A stretch of DNA of 64,000 nt from Candidatus Dormiibacterota bacterium (GTDB lineage: Bacteria > Chloroflexota > Dormibacteria > Aeolococcales > Aeolococcaceae): the NCBI GenBank assembly GCA_036833315.1, contig DAITPY010000003.1, forward strand, positions 2,745-66,744. The letters are read 5' to 3'. The stretch's first letter is position 1, and every line of letters starts with the position of its first letter. The position numbers and the translations under genes were made by a program. A model generated the notes under the pieces. It worked only from the letters and a program-made list of their open reading frames with translations. It searched no databases and was not told the origin of the DNA. This document shows positions 62,977 to 64,000 of the stretch, one piece after another.

Positions 62977-64000
62977 TCAGTAGGAGCGGGCGAGGAGCGC
63001 GCTGAATTCGGCGGGCTCGCCACATGCGAGGCATGGCGCGCCCCCGCCGGGACGGTCGGCCCGAAGCACGCGAACCGTGAGCGCATGCACCGCACCCTTG
63101 ATCGCTTCCTCGCATTCCGGGGTGTCGCAGAACGGCCCGGTTGCGAAGACCGGGCGTTCGGCGAACGCGGCTTTGAGCTCGTCGATGGTGCCGACGTCAA
63201 CGCTGCGCTCTTCGAGCCTTCGCTGCGCGCGCTCGAATATGGCTCGCTGTGCTGCGACGAGAAGCTCGGGCAGCCGGGCGGCCAGCCCCGCGACCGGCAC
63301 CGCCTCCTGGGTGCCATCGACGCGATGCACCAGCGTCACATTCCCGGCGGCGAGGTCCTTGGCCCCGACCACGATGCGCAGCGGCACGCCACGCAGCTCC
63401 CAGTGCGCGTACTTCTCGCCGGGACGCATCGCCTCGCGACGGTCGACGCGAAGCCTGACGCCCTCCGGGCACTCGCGCTCGAGTCGCGCCGTGGCCTCCT
63501 CCACCACCGATGCGCCGGCCTCGTCGTTGCTGCGCGTGATCGGCACGACGACGACCTGGATCGGCGCGACCTTCGGGGGCAGGATCAGGCCCATGTCGTC
63601 GCCGTGGCCCATGATCACCGCGCCCACGGTGCGCGTCGATAGTCCCCACGATGTCTGGAACGGATGCTGCCGCTGATTCTCGCGATCGCTGTAGGCGATG
63701 TCATACGCGCGCGTGAAGTTCTGACCGAGGTGATGGGAGGTGCCCGACTGCAGTGCCCAGCCGTCGGCCATCATCGCCTCGATGCTCACCGTGTAGCGAG
63801 CACCCGGGAATTTCTCGGACTCGGTCTTGCGTCCCTTGATCACCGGGATGGCGAGCCATTCCTCGGTCAGCTCGCGGTAGCAGTCGAGCATGGTGTCGAC
63901 CTCCTCGGCCGCCTCGCTGTCGAGCTGGTGGAAGGTATGGCCTTCCTGCCAGAGGAATTCGGTGGTGCGCAGGAACAACCGGGTGCGGTGCTCCCAGCGG
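62977..64000 (-). CDS. proS: Proline--tRNA ligase, archaeal/eukaryote-like type (C-terminal part; N-terminus beyond right edge)
   Basis: ...FLWQEGHTFH..., C-terminal Cys-containing domain ending ...FSALLARSY (terminal Tyr). The reading frame is open to the window edge. Confidence 0.9.
   Translation of the reverse strand, partial: RWEHRTRLFLRTTEFLWQEGHTFHQLDSEAAEEVDTMLDCYRELTEEWLAIPVIKGRKTESEKFPGARYTVSIEAMMADGWALQSGTSHHLGQNFTRAYDIAYSDRENQRQHPFQTSWGLSTRTVGAVIMGHGDDMGLILPPKVAPIQVVVVPITRSNDEAGASVVEEATARLERECPEGVRLRVDRREAMRPGEKYAHWELRGVPLRIVVGAKDLAAGNVTLVHRVDGTQEAVPVAGLAARLPELLVAAQRAIFERAQRRLEERSVDVGTIDELKAAFAERPVFATGPFCDTPECEEAIKGAVHALTVRVLRADRPGGGAPCLACGEPAEFSALLARSY

Noticed and set aside
1-64000. 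Looked for CRISPR arrays, IS elements or transposases, rRNA genes, prophage genes, and toxin-antitoxin or known defence-system genes.
   Set aside because: None were recognised by eye in the sequence or in any ORF translation. Small or degenerate elements could have been missed without computational search.

Overview
Very GC-rich bacterial chromosomal segment made almost entirely of tightly packed housekeeping operons. All but five protein genes are on the minus strand. Order left to right: nusA(partial)-rimP, fused secDF, tgt-queA-ruvB-ruvA-ruvC, yebC, mpg, pheT-pheS-rplT-rpmI-infC, a short tlyA-like gene, thrS. A less conserved patch follows (about 17.0-23.2 kb): small Cys proteins, tfoX-like, beta carbonic anhydrase, two lipoproteins, an arsR/arsI(cadI) module, tRNA-Val. 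Then MFS, rsmA-tatD-rsmI-nadE-CN hydrolase, exonuclease-dinG, cmk-rluB-scpB-scpA-recN-nadK-tlyA, xseB-xseA, nusB-asp23-efp-aroQ-aroKB-aroC, bPH protein, A24 peptidase, aroE-ruvX, a membrane protein plus an FtsA-like ATPase, alaS, a SigB/F-type sigma module, aspS-hisS, relA. The window ends with plus-strand sat-cysC-lysR and the 3' part of proS. Synteny mixes Firmicutes/Thermus-like features (ruvAB-queA-tgt, fused SecDF) with actinobacterial-like features (alaS..ruvX..aroE..aroC-aroK-aroB-aroQ-efp-nusB). A deep-branching high-GC Gram-positive-type lineage is plausible, but I cannot name it from sequence alone. I saw one tRNA and no rRNA, CRISPR, transposase, integrase or phage genes. Many ORF-track entries are antisense shadow ORFs or have spurious N-terminal extensions, and I trimmed starts accordingly. 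Most interesting observations: (1) an unannotated 17-codon, 8-cysteine micro-ORF (MDCDCPCGSCPCDCDCC) with its own SD, stop-start coupled to an ArsR-controlled arsI/cadI gene; (2) a 418-nt gene-free, hairpin-dense locus between mpg and yebC with a plus-strand promoter-like box and a strong intrinsic terminator, a candidate ncRNA of about 330 nt that I could not assign to any family; (3) an intrinsic-terminator attenuator plus an AUC start codon in front of infC; (4) an FtsA-like ATPase and a large membrane protein inserted between alaS and ruvX. All calls come from reading the sequence and ORF translations by eye, with no searches run.
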